A DNA stretch of 64,000 bases from Candidatus Levyibacteriota bacterium (GTDB lineage: Bacteria; Patescibacteriota; Microgenomatia; Levybacterales; UBA12049), in assembly GCA_016199085.1 (NCBI GenBank), contig JACQHJ010000003.1, forward strand, positions 38,676 through 102,675, given 5' to 3'. Positions 46,701 to 56,684 of this stretch are shown one piece after another. The notes under the pieces were generated by a model. The model searched no databases, was not told where the DNA came from, and saw nothing but the letters and a program-made list of their open reading frames with translations. The position numbers and the translations under genes are program-made. Positions within the stretch are counted from its first letter, which is position 1. The number at the start of each line of letters is the position of its first letter.

Positions 46701-47930
46701 CTAGCTTTGCAGATTCTTAATAAGGTGATCTTTACCGTAAATTTGATTTAACTCAAGTATTCCAATCCCAGATTCTTTTCCAGTCATCAGAAAAAATATT
46801 GTTTTAAATGAAATATCATTTTCTTTGCTAAATTGCCTCATTGCTGCAAGTAATTCCTCATCTTTCCACTTTTCTCCCATTTTTTCGTTTAAAAAGTTAA
46901 GGAGTTTTCGGGCAATTTCTTTTTCTTTATCTGTTTTTTCTCTTGCAGGATTTTTATCTACCAAAGCTTTAAAATCCAATAGAGTCTTCATTCTGGATTT
47001 GGCTGCATTTACAATTTCTTTTGCTTTTTCACTTCTTAAAACATCTAACACATCCTTATCATTACTATAAAACTCTTCCAATCTTTTATCTAAATCATTT
47101 ATACTTCTTATCCAAACCCCGTTTAACCATTCAAATTTTGCCTGATCAAAAATAGGATTTGCCGTATTTATATCTTCCAACTTAAATAGCTTCACCATTT
47201 CGTCTAAGGAAAGCTGTTCTCTTTTTCCTCCAGGATTCCAGCCTAAGAATGCCATATAGTTTAAGATTGTTTCCTTAAGATACCCTTCTTTTTTGTAATC
47301 CAGAGCTGATTTTGCACCGTGTCTTTTAGAAAGTTTTTTCTTATCGGCTCCTAAAATAACAGGCAGGTGGACAAACTGCGGCGGTTCCCAGCCAAAACTC
47401 TCATATAAATATAAATGCTTGGGGGTTGAAGAAATCCATTCCTCTCCTCTAAAGACATGTGAAATTTCCATTAGATGGTCATCTACCACATTTGCCAGGT
47501 GATAAGTTGGAAAACCGTCTGACTTAAGGACAACAAAGTCCTCCTGTGTCTTTCCGCCAAAACTTATCTTTTTATTGCCTACCAGATCTGTCCAGGAAAA
47601 AGTCTTCTCACCTGGCACTTTTACAAAGACTGCTCCTTGACTTTCATAAGCAATACCTTTATCAACTAGCTCCTTTGTGTATTTTTTGTATAATTCTAGC
47701 CTTTGGGATTGGTAAATAATCTCACCTGTCGGCTTAATACCCAGCCACTCTAAAATCTCAAGCAAGGCCTCAATCGAGCCTTTAACGAGCCTTTTTTGAT
47801 CGGTGTCTTCAATACGTAGAATAAACTCGCCATTATTTTTCTTTGCAAAAAGATAGTTAAAAAGCGCTGTTCTTGTTCCTCCTATATGTTGTATTCCTGT
47901 GGGGCTTGGAGCGTATCTCACTCTTACCAT
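46701..47930 (-). CDS. gltX: Glutamate--tRNA ligase (short form, about 409 aa)
   Basis: RYAPSPTGIQHIGGTRTALFNYLFAK...ILRIEDTD (HIGH region) and KLSKR (KMSKS). Confidence 0.9.
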   Translation of the reverse strand: MVRVRYAPSPTGIQHIGGTRTALFNYLFAKKNNGEFILRIEDTDQKRLVKGSIEALLEILEWLGIKPTGEIIYQSQRLELYKKYTKELVDKGIAYESQGAVFVKVPGEKTFSWTDLVGNKKISFGGKTQEDFVVLKSDGFPTYHLANVVDDHLMEISHVFRGEEWISSTPKHLYLYESFGWEPPQFVHLPVILGADKKKLSKRHGAKSALDYKKEGYLKETILNYMAFLGWNPGGKREQLSLDEMVKLFKLEDINTANPIFDQAKFEWLNGVWIRSINDLDKRLEEFYSNDKDVLDVLRSEKAKEIVNAAKSRMKTLLDFKALVDKNPAREKTDKEKEIARKLLNFLNEKMGEKWKDEELLAAMRQFSKENDISFKTIFFLMTGKESGIGILELNQIYGKDHLIKNLQS

Positions 47931-47970
47931 ATGCTTGCATTGTACAGTAATCTTTTTCTATACTCAATAT

Positions 47971-49014
47971 ATGTTCACTCTTAGTGATGCTTCCAAAGAG
48001 GTTAAGGGAATTTTGAAATGGGGACTTGTAATAATCATTCTAATTAGCCTTGCTTTTGCAATTTTTAGGATAGGACTTATCGTAAAAGAAATGCTCTATC
48101 CGACTCCGCCGCCGCCGCCAACGGTTTTATTCAGTAAGCTTTCGCAAATTGTTTTTCCTTCCAATGCAACAGTGGAAAAACTTGAGTTTAAAATAAAGAC
48201 TATTTCCGGATCCCTTCCCCAAACTGAGTCGCAGATAAGCGTATATAAGATATTTACCCCAAAACCCGATCTTTTGGCCCTGGATAGAATAAAACAAACA
48301 GCCAAGAAAGGTAAATTTGATAACGGACCATATAAAGTCTCCGAAACTGTTTTTGATTTTTCCACAAACGAAGATATCGTAAAAACGATAAGAATTAACA
48401 CTGAAGATTTCAATTTCCAGGTAACGAGTAATTACCTACAAAACGAAGATGCAGTATCAGGAAGAAACATTCCCGATGAGAAAAAGGCAATTGAAATGGC
48501 CAAAGACTATTTTTCTAATCTTGGCTACGGCTCAGGAGATCTGGATTTTGAAAACCCGTTGGTAAATATGCTAAGTATTGAAAACGGTAGGTTTGTAAAA
48601 GCAACAAGTCTTTCCAATACAAAACTTGTCCAAGTTAACTTTTATAAACAAAATATTGACGACCTTCCCGTCTATAACGAAAGACCGACCGAATCAAACG
48701 TCAATGTTATTATAGCTGGAGGCAATTCTGCCCAGATTGTTGCAGCAATCTTTATTAACCCTGATCTTTCAGAAGAGTCTTCCACTTATCCTCTAAAAAC
48801 AGTCGGACAGGCTTTTGAAGAGCTAAAAAACGGCAAAGCCTATATCGCGTCATATTTCGGAGAAAAACCTGAGGTTTCCATAACTGATGCTTATCTCGCT
48901 TACTATTTGGGGAGGAATGAAAAAAACTATGTAATGCCGGTCATTGTCTTTGTTGGAGACGACGGGTTTTATGCTTATGTCTCAGCGGTTAGGGATGAAT
49001 GGATAGGAAACTGA
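47971..49014 (+). CDS. Hypothetical membrane-anchored protein (N-terminal TM, PPPPP linker)
   Basis: ORF only. I chose a start that avoids the overlap with gltX; it may lie further upstream at 47899. Confidence 0.4.
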   Translation: MFTLSDASKEVKGILKWGLVIIILISLAFAIFRIGLIVKEMLYPTPPPPPTVLFSKLSQIVFPSNATVEKLEFKIKTISGSLPQTESQISVYKIFTPKPDLLALDRIKQTAKKGKFDNGPYKVSETVFDFSTNEDIVKTIRINTEDFNFQVTSNYLQNEDAVSGRNIPDEKKAIEMAKDYFSNLGYGSGDLDFENPLVNMLSIENGRFVKATSLSNTKLVQVNFYKQNIDDLPVYNERPTESNVNVIIAGGNSAQIVAAIFINPDLSEESSTYPLKTVGQAFEELKNGKAYIASYFGEKPEVSITDAYLAYYLGRNEKNYVMPVIVFVGDDGFYAYVSAVRDEWIGN

Positions 49015-49966
49015 GATTGTTGTGGACGAGGTCTAATAGTTTTTGCGTATCCTCAAATCTATTCTCGCTTCCCATAACTACAATGATAAGAGTTTTCCCC
49101 TGTTCAATTTTTGAAGTTACTAAAACTTCCCCAGCTTCCTGGGTATAGCCTGTTTTTACTCCGTTTACGCCCTCAACACCTAGAAGTTTATTTAAATTCT
49201 CTACTCTATAGACAAAGGTACCGGTCGTATCCGTTATTATTTTCTCTTTGGTTGAAACAACAGTTGCAATTAATTTGTTTTGTATCGCAAACGAAGCAAG
49301 CCTTGCAAGATCAAATGGCGTCGTATAGTTTTGGGCATCCAATAGTCCCGCACTATCGCCGTAGTGTGTATTCAAAAGCTCTAAGTCTTTGGCTTTTTGG
49401 TTCATCTGTTCTACAAAGCTCCCATTTCCGTCTTTGTAGTTTTGGGAGATTGTAAAGGCAGCGTCATTGGCAGAGGGTAAAAGCATTGCGTATAAAAGGT
49501 TTTCCAGAGTTATTCTCTCGTTTTGGACAAGACCTAGTATCGACCCTTCCCTGCTTGCAATTCTAACTGTAAGTATATCTTCCGGCTTAAAATGATCAAG
49601 GGCTGTTAAAGCCGTCATAAGCTTGGTCGTTGAGGCTGGAGAAAACCTTAAATCAGGGTTTTTAGAAAAAAGGACGACTTTTGAATCAGCATCCATGATT
49701 ATTGCCCCTGTTGCAGAAATTTTAGGGACAAATTCAGTTTTTATAACAGGGTATTTAAAGCTTGTATTTGTATTAATAGGAGAGGTAAAGGTAACGTTTT
49801 TCTCTATCCAGATTTTAAGCAGTAAGTTTGCAATAAAAAGGATTAAAAAACCTGCAAACAAAAGGGCGGGCAGGATAAAATATATGTATTTAAACTTACT
49901 GTTTTGCAGAAAACTTTTCATCAACTCTTTCCATATCGCGTGGGAAAATACTAGCTTCTCTGACAT
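48989..49966 (-). CDS. D-alanyl-D-alanine carboxypeptidase (S11 peptidase, PBP5-like)
   Basis: SxxK (ASTTKLMT) and SxN (LPSANDAAF) motifs, plus an N-terminal TM. Confidence 0.85.
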   Translation of the reverse strand: MSEKLVFSHAIWKELMKSFLQNSKFKYIYFILPALLFAGFLILFIANLLLKIWIEKNVTFTSPINTNTSFKYPVIKTEFVPKISATGAIIMDADSKVVLFSKNPDLRFSPASTTKLMTALTALDHFKPEDILTVRIASREGSILGLVQNERITLENLLYAMLLPSANDAAFTISQNYKDGNGSFVEQMNQKAKDLELLNTHYGDSAGLLDAQNYTTPFDLARLASFAIQNKLIATVVSTKEKIITDTTGTFVYRVENLNKLLGVEGVNGVKTGYTQEAGEVLVTSKIEQGKTLIIVVMGSENRFEDTQKLLDLVHNNLSFLSIHP

Positions 49967-51245
49967 TTGAAAGTGATAATATCTGCATAGTCATTCTCTC
50001 CGCTCCGAAAGCAAAACCTCCTTCAGGAGGAACTCCAAACCTAAATGCTTCTAGAAACATGGAGATTTTGGCTGGGTCCATTTTCCAGAGCTTAACGTGT
50101 TCCATAAGCTGGTTGTAATCATTGATTCTTCTTCCGCCCGACAGCCATTCAAGGCCGCGGCAGAGTAAATCCATTCCTTCGTTAAACTCCGGGTTTTTGG
50201 GGTTTGGATAGACATAGAAAGGTTTGTTTCTTGTATGATAGCCGTAGATAAAGACAAAATCCGAGCCTGATTCCTCTTTTATAATTTCGCAAATCTCCCT
50301 TTCATCTTCAGGATTTAAGTCTTTTTGGCCCCTGACGTCTCTTTTGAAATGTTTAAATATCTTTTCCTGAGCTTGACTGAGGCTAATTGAGGGTGTTTTG
50401 TCAATCATTACAGGAAGAGTTGTCTTAAAAAGACTAAGCTCCTTTTTACATTTCTTTTCTACTCTTTCTAAAATAAACCTAACCGTATTTTCAGCCATGT
50501 CCCGAACATCCTCCCAGGAGTCTATAAAAGCCATTTCAGCGTCCAATGACACTACTTCGGCCAAATGCCTTGTCGTAACGGATGGTTCTGCCCTAAAGAT
50601 CTTATTGACGCTAAAAACCCTTTCGAATGCAGACATGACTATTTGCTTATAAAGCTGCGGGCTCTGTGTTAGATAGGCTTTGTGGTCAAAGTAACTTACC
50701 TCAAATACCTCAGCTCCACCCTCAGCAACTGCCGGAGCAATGCTTGGTGCCTGGAATTCCATAAAACCCTCTCCTTTTAGGTATTCCCTAAATGCATCGA
50801 TAATAACAGCCTGGACTTTAAAAATAGCCTGGATCTTGGGGTGTCTTAGCGTCAAGGCTCTATGATCCAAAAGTGTTGGAAGTTCAAGGTTAAGCTCGTC
50901 TGAGCCCATATCAAAAGGGAGAGTATCAGCCTTGGCTATGACCTTAATATCTGTTGCCTCAAGTTCGACATTTCCGCTCTCAAGGTTGGTATTGGCAGCT
51001 TTACCCGGCCTCTCATTGACTTTACCCTCAATCTCAACCACATATTCAGGTTTTAACTTCTGGGCGGCCTTATACGAAGCCTCTGAAACTGTAGGATTAA
51101 CCACAACCTGAATTATTCCGCTTCTGTCTCTTACATCTAAGAAAATGAGCTTGCCGTGGTCTCTTCTGATCCTTACCCAGCCTGCAATTTTAATTGTTTT
51201 ACCTATGTGTTTATTTGCTTCTGAGGCTAAAACCCTTTGTTTCAT
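49896..51245 (-). CDS. aspS: Class IIb aminoacyl-tRNA synthetase, most likely archaeal/eukaryal-type aspartate--tRNA ligase (AsnRS not excluded)
   Basis: Motif 2 FRAEPSVTTRHLAEVVSLDAEMAF and motif 3 GGFAFGAERMTMQIL, plus an N-terminal OB anticodon-binding domain. The start is placed at MKQRV; the ORF track's upstream extension begins with TTG. Confidence 0.8.
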   Translation of the reverse strand: MKQRVLASEANKHIGKTIKIAGWVRIRRDHGKLIFLDVRDRSGIIQVVVNPTVSEASYKAAQKLKPEYVVEIEGKVNERPGKAANTNLESGNVELEATDIKVIAKADTLPFDMGSDELNLELPTLLDHRALTLRHPKIQAIFKVQAVIIDAFREYLKGEGFMEFQAPSIAPAVAEGGAEVFEVSYFDHKAYLTQSPQLYKQIVMSAFERVFSVNKIFRAEPSVTTRHLAEVVSLDAEMAFIDSWEDVRDMAENTVRFILERVEKKCKKELSLFKTTLPVMIDKTPSISLSQAQEKIFKHFKRDVRGQKDLNPEDEREICEIIKEESGSDFVFIYGYHTRNKPFYVYPNPKNPEFNEGMDLLCRGLEWLSGGRRINDYNQLMEHVKLWKMDPAKISMFLEAFRFGVPPEGGFAFGAERMTMQILSLSNVREASIFPRDMERVDEKFSAKQ

Positions 51246-51277
51246 AACCTCTAAATGATACCACTTGACTGGTATCC

Positions 51278-51306
51278 TTGACAAGCTGTAGAGCTAGTGA
51301 TATGAT
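51278..51306 (+). promoter_or_regulatory. Candidate promoter TTGACA-17-TATGAT, directed rightward toward ORF 51424/51532
   Basis: Seen directly. Two hairpins follow it: cttccaaatggaag, and cttccaaaaaggaag followed by TTTTTT. Confidence 0.35.
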
Positions 51307-51531
51307 CTGATATTGTGAGTATTAATTTGAGACAACTTTCCAAGAGATTTAATATTATGTAACTTCCAAATGGAAGCCATTTTGTTGCGCTTCCAAAAAG
51401 GAAGTTTTTTAATGTCAAAAATATGAATATATACGAAGGGTCAACATTTACGCCGGAAGATCAAGCACCAGGTGATAAAGAACCAGGTTCTGCAGTTATG
51501 GCAAAATTAAAAAAAAACTTATAGAAAAGCT

Positions 51532-51921
51532 TTGAGAGGACTCGGGGTAGATAAGGCTGATGTTGCGAGATTACTTAGAGTAATGGGAGACCCAGAAGCT
51601 AGAGCCAGAAGAGCTGCCGAAGAGGGCACAATTGAGATGGATGAAGTATTCGAGCCGGGAAGAGCACAAGATTATGTTTTCAGCTTTGTTAATGAAGACG
51701 GTGGCAATCAACGCACCGTTCCTGCAAGCCGAACGCTTCTTATGGGAATAGAAGATTTGAGAGAAGTTGGAAGATGCGGAACCCGCGTTGCAAGAAAAGT
51801 ACAGCAAGGTTCAGGCATCGTATATGACGCAGTACATGAAGCAACTCAGGCTGCAAAAAGTTTGGCAGAAATAAGGGTAGCTGGTGGTGGAAACGGCGCG
51901 AAAGTTTTACCACGCAAATAA
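51532..51921 (+). CDS. Hypothetical protein, GC-richer than surroundings. It may start at the ATG at 51424 if one A is removed from the A9 run at 51503-51511
   Basis: The ORF track start at 51532 is TTG. An upstream 33-codon ORF ends just after the A9 run, and a -1 shift in that run fuses the two into one ORF. Confidence 0.4.
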   Translation: MRGLGVDKADVARLLRVMGDPEARARRAAEEGTIEMDEVFEPGRAQDYVFSFVNEDGGNQRTVPASRTLLMGIEDLREVGRCGTRVARKVQQGSGIVYDAVHEATQAAKSLAEIRVAGGGNGAKVLPRK

Positions 51922-51923
51922 AA

Positions 51924-53561
51924 CTATAATTTCCTTATATCTTTCACTTTTAACTGTAATCTTTTATTCCCATTCCACTCGTTTTCCTCAAGAGTATAGA
52001 CCACGTCAACAACGTCTTTAATTTTAAAGGAGTTTAATTCACCCATTCCAAATGCAATAGCATCAAGCCAAAAGCTGGAATATTTAGGTTTTAAGCCAAG
52101 TTTAAGATGTTTTCCGTCTTTTCCGATTATCCTTAAGCTTTCAACGGTAAGATTTCTAGTAACAAAGGTGGGCTCTGGGTTTGCCATGCCAAACGGTTTA
52201 AACTTACAAACCAATTCATAAGTTTTAAAGTTAATAAGCTCACTGGGTAATTCCAGATCAATATTTAATACTCTTTCCAGAGTTTTCTTTTTTAGAAGCT
52301 TTGCCGCGAGTTTATAAAGTTTTTGTTCTAAAAGATCTAGGTTCTTTGTTTCCACCGTAAATCCTGCAGCCATAGGATGTCCGCCGACATCAACCAAAAG
52401 GTCTGATGCTTCTCTTAAAAACTCAATGATATTAAATCCCTTGACCGATCTAACAGAAGCCTTGCTGTAAACTTTTCCTTTTGAGATAACAATTGAAGGA
52501 AGATAAAACTCCTCAACCAGTCTTCCGGCAACCAAACCGATTATCCCCTCCCTATAAGACTCATCCGCAATAAACAAAAGGTTATTGATAATTTTTGTCT
52601 TTGCCATATCTTTTGCATGAATTAACGCTTCTGTCGTAAATCTTTGTCTTTCAAAATTGGTGTCAGATAACGCTTTTGCCAAAATATCAGCTCTTTGACG
52701 ATCTTTTGTACAAAGAAGCCTTAATGAATCCATTGCGCTTGAGAGTCTTCCCATGGCATTTAAACGTGGAGCAATAATATGCCCAATCTCGTAAACATCA
52801 ATTGACCCACTCTCTATTACCGCACTTCTAAAAAGAGACAAAAGACCTATGCGTTTTGTTTTTCTTAAAGCCTCTAGGCCAAAATAGACAAAGATCCTGT
52901 TAGCATAAGTTAAGGGCACTAAGTCCGCAATTGTTGCCAAAACTACAAGTTCCAAATGATTATCCTCTTTTTCTTTTTTAAGTTGTTTGGACAAAAGATA
53001 GGCAACGCCGGCTCCGCATAAAAGAGTCGTATGGACAATTGAATACGCATTTGGATTTTTTTTAGATGGAACATGGTGATCGGTGATAATAACGTCTATT
53101 CCCAATTTAACCGCATATTCAACTGCGTCATTTGCAACAATACCGTTATCAACGGTTATGATTAGATCAATCTCGGGAATAGTTTTTAGTAAATTATCAA
53201 TTCCTTTTACCGAAAGCCCATATCCTTCTTCAAATCTACTTGGTATATAGGGAAGAACTTTTGCGCCGATATCATTTAAGGTTTCCCAGAGAATGGCGGT
53301 CCCACAAATTCCGTCTACGTCATAGTCTCCAAAAACAATTATTTGTTTTTTCTTGCTAACTGCCCTTTTTATTCTCTCGGTTGCCTTTTTAAGCTGCCTT
53401 TTATCAATCCCCACGCTTTCTATTGTCACTTCAGATAATTTCGGAGACAAAAATTTTTGCTTTTGAATCTTTGTTTTTAATCCTCTGTTTTCCAAAAGAA
53501 TGTCTAAAAGTTTTTCTTCTGATAAATCTTTTTTACTATTTATTATGTTCCATTTCTTCAT
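51924..53561 (-). CDS. recJ: Single-stranded-DNA-specific exonuclease RecJ (DHH/DHHA1)
   Basis: FGDYDVDGICG and IITDHH motifs, and a length of about 545 aa. Confidence 0.85.
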   Translation of the reverse strand: MKKWNIINSKKDLSEEKLLDILLENRGLKTKIQKQKFLSPKLSEVTIESVGIDKRQLKKATERIKRAVSKKKQIIVFGDYDVDGICGTAILWETLNDIGAKVLPYIPSRFEEGYGLSVKGIDNLLKTIPEIDLIITVDNGIVANDAVEYAVKLGIDVIITDHHVPSKKNPNAYSIVHTTLLCGAGVAYLLSKQLKKEKEDNHLELVVLATIADLVPLTYANRIFVYFGLEALRKTKRIGLLSLFRSAVIESGSIDVYEIGHIIAPRLNAMGRLSSAMDSLRLLCTKDRQRADILAKALSDTNFERQRFTTEALIHAKDMAKTKIINNLLFIADESYREGIIGLVAGRLVEEFYLPSIVISKGKVYSKASVRSVKGFNIIEFLREASDLLVDVGGHPMAAGFTVETKNLDLLEQKLYKLAAKLLKKKTLERVLNIDLELPSELINFKTYELVCKFKPFGMANPEPTFVTRNLTVESLRIIGKDGKHLKLGLKPKYSSFWLDAIAFGMGELNSFKIKDVVDVVYTLEENEWNGNKRLQLKVKDIRKL

Positions 53562-53610
53562 AAATGCTTTTTTAAAGATTTCTTTGCTATACTATACCAA
53601 GAGAAGGATT

Positions 53611-54966
53611 ATGATTCCAGATGAAGTTTTAAAGATATATAAAAAACTCCAAGAGGCAGGGTTTGAAGTTTTTTTTGTCGGTGGAAGTGTTAGAAATCTT
53701 CTTTTAAAACGTCTGGTTAAAGACTGGGATCTAACCACAAACGCAACGCCCCAGGAAATTCTCAAAGTATTCCCCAAGGGTTTTTATGACAACGAGTTTG
53801 GAACCGTTGGCGTTCCCTACCAGATAGGAAAAGAGAGAAAAGTTGCCGAAGTAACGACATTTCGAACCGAAAAAAGTACAAGCCCGACGCATAAACCAGA
53901 CAGGGTTTTGTGGGGAAAGACAATTGAAGAAGATTTGGCAAGAAGGGATTTTACTATTAACGCCATTGCCCTTTCCCTGGTTGGTAAATCAAATTCTTTT
54001 GAAATGATTGATCCGTATAACGGAGAGTCAGATTTAAAGACAAAGACTATAAAGGCGGTCGGAGTTGCTAGCCAAAGATTTAAGGAAGACGCATTAAGAT
54101 TAATGCGGGCAATAAGAATTGCAACCGAGCTAGAATTTAAAATTGAGAAAAAAACCTTTGAACAGCTTGTTAAAGACGCTCACCTTTTAGAACATATTTC
54201 CAAAGAAAGAGTCCAAATTGAACTTTTAAGAATATTATCTTCTGATAATGGCTACGGCGGAGTAATACTTTTATACAAAAGCGGACTTTTAAAACACATA
54301 ATTCCTGAACTATTAGAAGGAGTCGGAGTTTCCCAGGCAAGACCCGGAAGACATCACAAAGACGATGTGTTTACGCATAACCTTTTGTCACTTAAGTTTT
54401 GCCCTTCCAAAGATCCGATCGTTAAATTTGCGGCATTAATCCATGACATCGGAAAACCAAAGGTAATGGGAAAAGATGAGAAAGGACTTGTTATTTTCCA
54501 TAACCACGAAGTGGAAGGCGCAAAAATTGCAGAAAAGATTTGTGAAAGACTTAAGTTTTCCAAAAAGGACAAAGAAAAAGTAGTAACATTAATCCGCTAT
54601 CATATGTTTTCGGTTAATGAAAACATTACCGATTCTGCTGTCAGAAGATTTATTCGAAAAATTGGTGTTGAAAATGTAAAAGATATGATGGATTTAAGAG
54701 TTGGAGACAGACTTGGCGGAGGAACTCAAACTGCACAAAGCTGGAGACTTAAACTCTTTAAAGAAAAGATAGGGAGTCAACTTAAACCCGGTCCTTTTTC
54801 AATTAATGACCTAAAAGTTGATGGAAATGATATAATGAAATTACTACAGATAAAACCAGGTCCCAAAGTTGGGGACATATTAAAGAAATTATTTGAAGAG
54901 GTAGACCAAGATTTATCAAAAAATAATAGAGAGTATCTCCTCGGCCGCATAAAGGATCTCGCCTAA
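53611..54966 (+). CDS. cca: CCA-adding enzyme / poly(A) polymerase family with HD domain
   Basis: FFVGGSVRNLLL...DWDLTT (class II nucleotidyltransferase head) and the HD motif IHDIGK. The start is placed at the ATG at 53611 after an AGAAGGA ribosome-binding site. Confidence 0.85.
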   Translation: MIPDEVLKIYKKLQEAGFEVFFVGGSVRNLLLKRLVKDWDLTTNATPQEILKVFPKGFYDNEFGTVGVPYQIGKERKVAEVTTFRTEKSTSPTHKPDRVLWGKTIEEDLARRDFTINAIALSLVGKSNSFEMIDPYNGESDLKTKTIKAVGVASQRFKEDALRLMRAIRIATELEFKIEKKTFEQLVKDAHLLEHISKERVQIELLRILSSDNGYGGVILLYKSGLLKHIIPELLEGVGVSQARPGRHHKDDVFTHNLLSLKFCPSKDPIVKFAALIHDIGKPKVMGKDEKGLVIFHNHEVEGAKIAEKICERLKFSKKDKEKVVTLIRYHMFSVNENITDSAVRRFIRKIGVENVKDMMDLRVGDRLGGGTQTAQSWRLKLFKEKIGSQLKPGPFSINDLKVDGNDIMKLLQIKPGPKVGDILKKLFEEVDQDLSKNNREYLLGRIKDLA

Positions 54967-54981
54967 TCTGTTTCGTATTAT

Positions 54982-55899
54982 ATGTCTCAAAAAGTACTTG
55001 AGGTAAAAAACCTTACTAAAAAATTTGGCAAATTTACTGCCGTTAACAATATCTCTTTCGAAATCAGAGAGGGAGAGATATTGGGTTTGCTTGGTCCGAA
55101 CGGAGCAGGCAAAACCACAACAATTCATATGCTTTTGGATGTTATGGATCCAACAAGCGGAACTATTTCCTATTTTGGAAAAAATCTAAAGGAGAAAAGA
55201 AGTGAAATATTAAAGCAGGTTAATTTTTCATCGGCCTACATTTCCCTTCCCTGGCTTTTTACGGTTGAAGAGGTCTTGCGAGTCTATGCAAACCTTTATG
55301 AAGTTCCACATAAGGAATACAGAATAAAAAGGCTTTTATCTGAATTTGAAATAGAGCACTTGAGAAAAAAAACTATTCATATGCTATCAGCCGGAGAAAT
55401 GGCAAGGCTGCTTCTTACAAAAGCGTTTATAAATTACCCAAGAATTATTCTTTTGGACGAACCGACTGCATCCTTAGATCCGGATATTGCAGTAAAAATA
55501 AGAGAATTTTTAAGAAGACAGCAGAAAGAATATAAAGTAAGCATGCTTTTTACCTCACACAACATGGCAGAGGTTGAAGAGATGTGTGACAACATTGTCT
55601 TTTTAAATAACGGCAAGATTATTGCCAAAGACAAACCCGAGAATTTGTCAAAACAGATTCCGGAATCCGAAGTTGAGTTTATTACAAAACACATAGAAGA
55701 AACCAAAAAGTTTTTAAATTCTCAACAGATTTCTTTTGTACAAAACAGAAATACTTTTAGGATAAACATTAAAACCAAAGAGATTTCAAGATTTCTAACG
55801 CTTATGGCAAGCCAAAATTTGGAATATGAAGATATAAGTATTAATAAACCAAACTTGGAAGATTATTTTCTTAAAATGTCTGAGAGGAGAAATCTATGA
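54982..55899 (+). CDS. ABC transporter ATP-binding protein (ABC-2 type)
   Basis: Walker A GPNGAGKTT, signature LSAGEMARL, and Walker B ILLDEPTASLD. Confidence 0.9.
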   Translation: MSQKVLEVKNLTKKFGKFTAVNNISFEIREGEILGLLGPNGAGKTTTIHMLLDVMDPTSGTISYFGKNLKEKRSEILKQVNFSSAYISLPWLFTVEEVLRVYANLYEVPHKEYRIKRLLSEFEIEHLRKKTIHMLSAGEMARLLLTKAFINYPRIILLDEPTASLDPDIAVKIREFLRRQQKEYKVSMLFTSHNMAEVEEMCDNIVFLNNGKIIAKDKPENLSKQIPESEVEFITKHIEETKKFLNSQQISFVQNRNTFRINIKTKEISRFLTLMASQNLEYEDISINKPNLEDYFLKMSERRNL

Positions 55900-56681
55900 A
55901 CATTAATAGAATAATGGCAATGGTTCAAAGATATTTTTATAATGTCAAACACAGTTACGACAGATTAACTGATATGTTTTACTGGCCAATGATGGATTTA
56001 TTAATCTGGGGACTAACTGGACTTTATTTTGCAAAACTTGGCGGAGATTCCCAGCATGCGACAACTGTGCTTTTAACAGGAATAATATTTTGGATTGTTA
56101 CCTGGAGAGCTCAATATGAGATAACAACCAATTTACTTTCTGAAATGTGGGACAGAAACCTTGTTAATATTTTTGCCTCTCCTTTGACTGTCTATGAATG
56201 GATCTCTGCTGTCACAATCTTTGGAGGATTAAAAATGATCATTAGCCTTTTGTTTTCAGCAGGCGTTGCATTTTTACTTTACCAATATGCATTTTTGCAG
56301 TTTGGCTTATGGCTTTTCCCAATTGTCGTAAGCCTTGTAATAACAGGCTGGGCTGCGGGATTCGTAGTTGCGGCAATTATCATCAGATTTGGAATGAAAG
56401 TCCAGACCATTGCCTGGGCAGGAGCATATTTAATAGCTCCTTTTTCAGCACTTTACTACCCTATCTCGGTACTTCCCGACTGGGCACAAAAAGTAGCGCT
56501 AATTTTTCCGTCAAGCTATATTTTTGAAGCAATGAGACAGCATATTTTTACAAACACAATCTCTGTTGACAAAATTGTGATAAGTTTTGCAATTAATCTT
56601 GTATTTCTGGTATTATCAATTTGCCTATTTGTCCTTAGCTTTAATAAAAGCAAACAAATGGGACTGGGAAGACTTATTTAA
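55896..56681 (+). CDS. ABC-2 type transporter permease
   Basis: Six TM segments. It overlaps the ATPase gene stop codon. Confidence 0.7.
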   Translation: MNINRIMAMVQRYFYNVKHSYDRLTDMFYWPMMDLLIWGLTGLYFAKLGGDSQHATTVLLTGIIFWIVTWRAQYEITTNLLSEMWDRNLVNIFASPLTVYEWISAVTIFGGLKMIISLLFSAGVAFLLYQYAFLQFGLWLFPIVVSLVITGWAAGFVVAAIIIRFGMKVQTIAWAGAYLIAPFSALYYPISVLPDWAQKVALIFPSSYIFEAMRQHIFTNTISVDKIVISFAINLVFLVLSICLFVLSFNKSKQMGLGRLI

Positions 56682-56684
56682 CTT

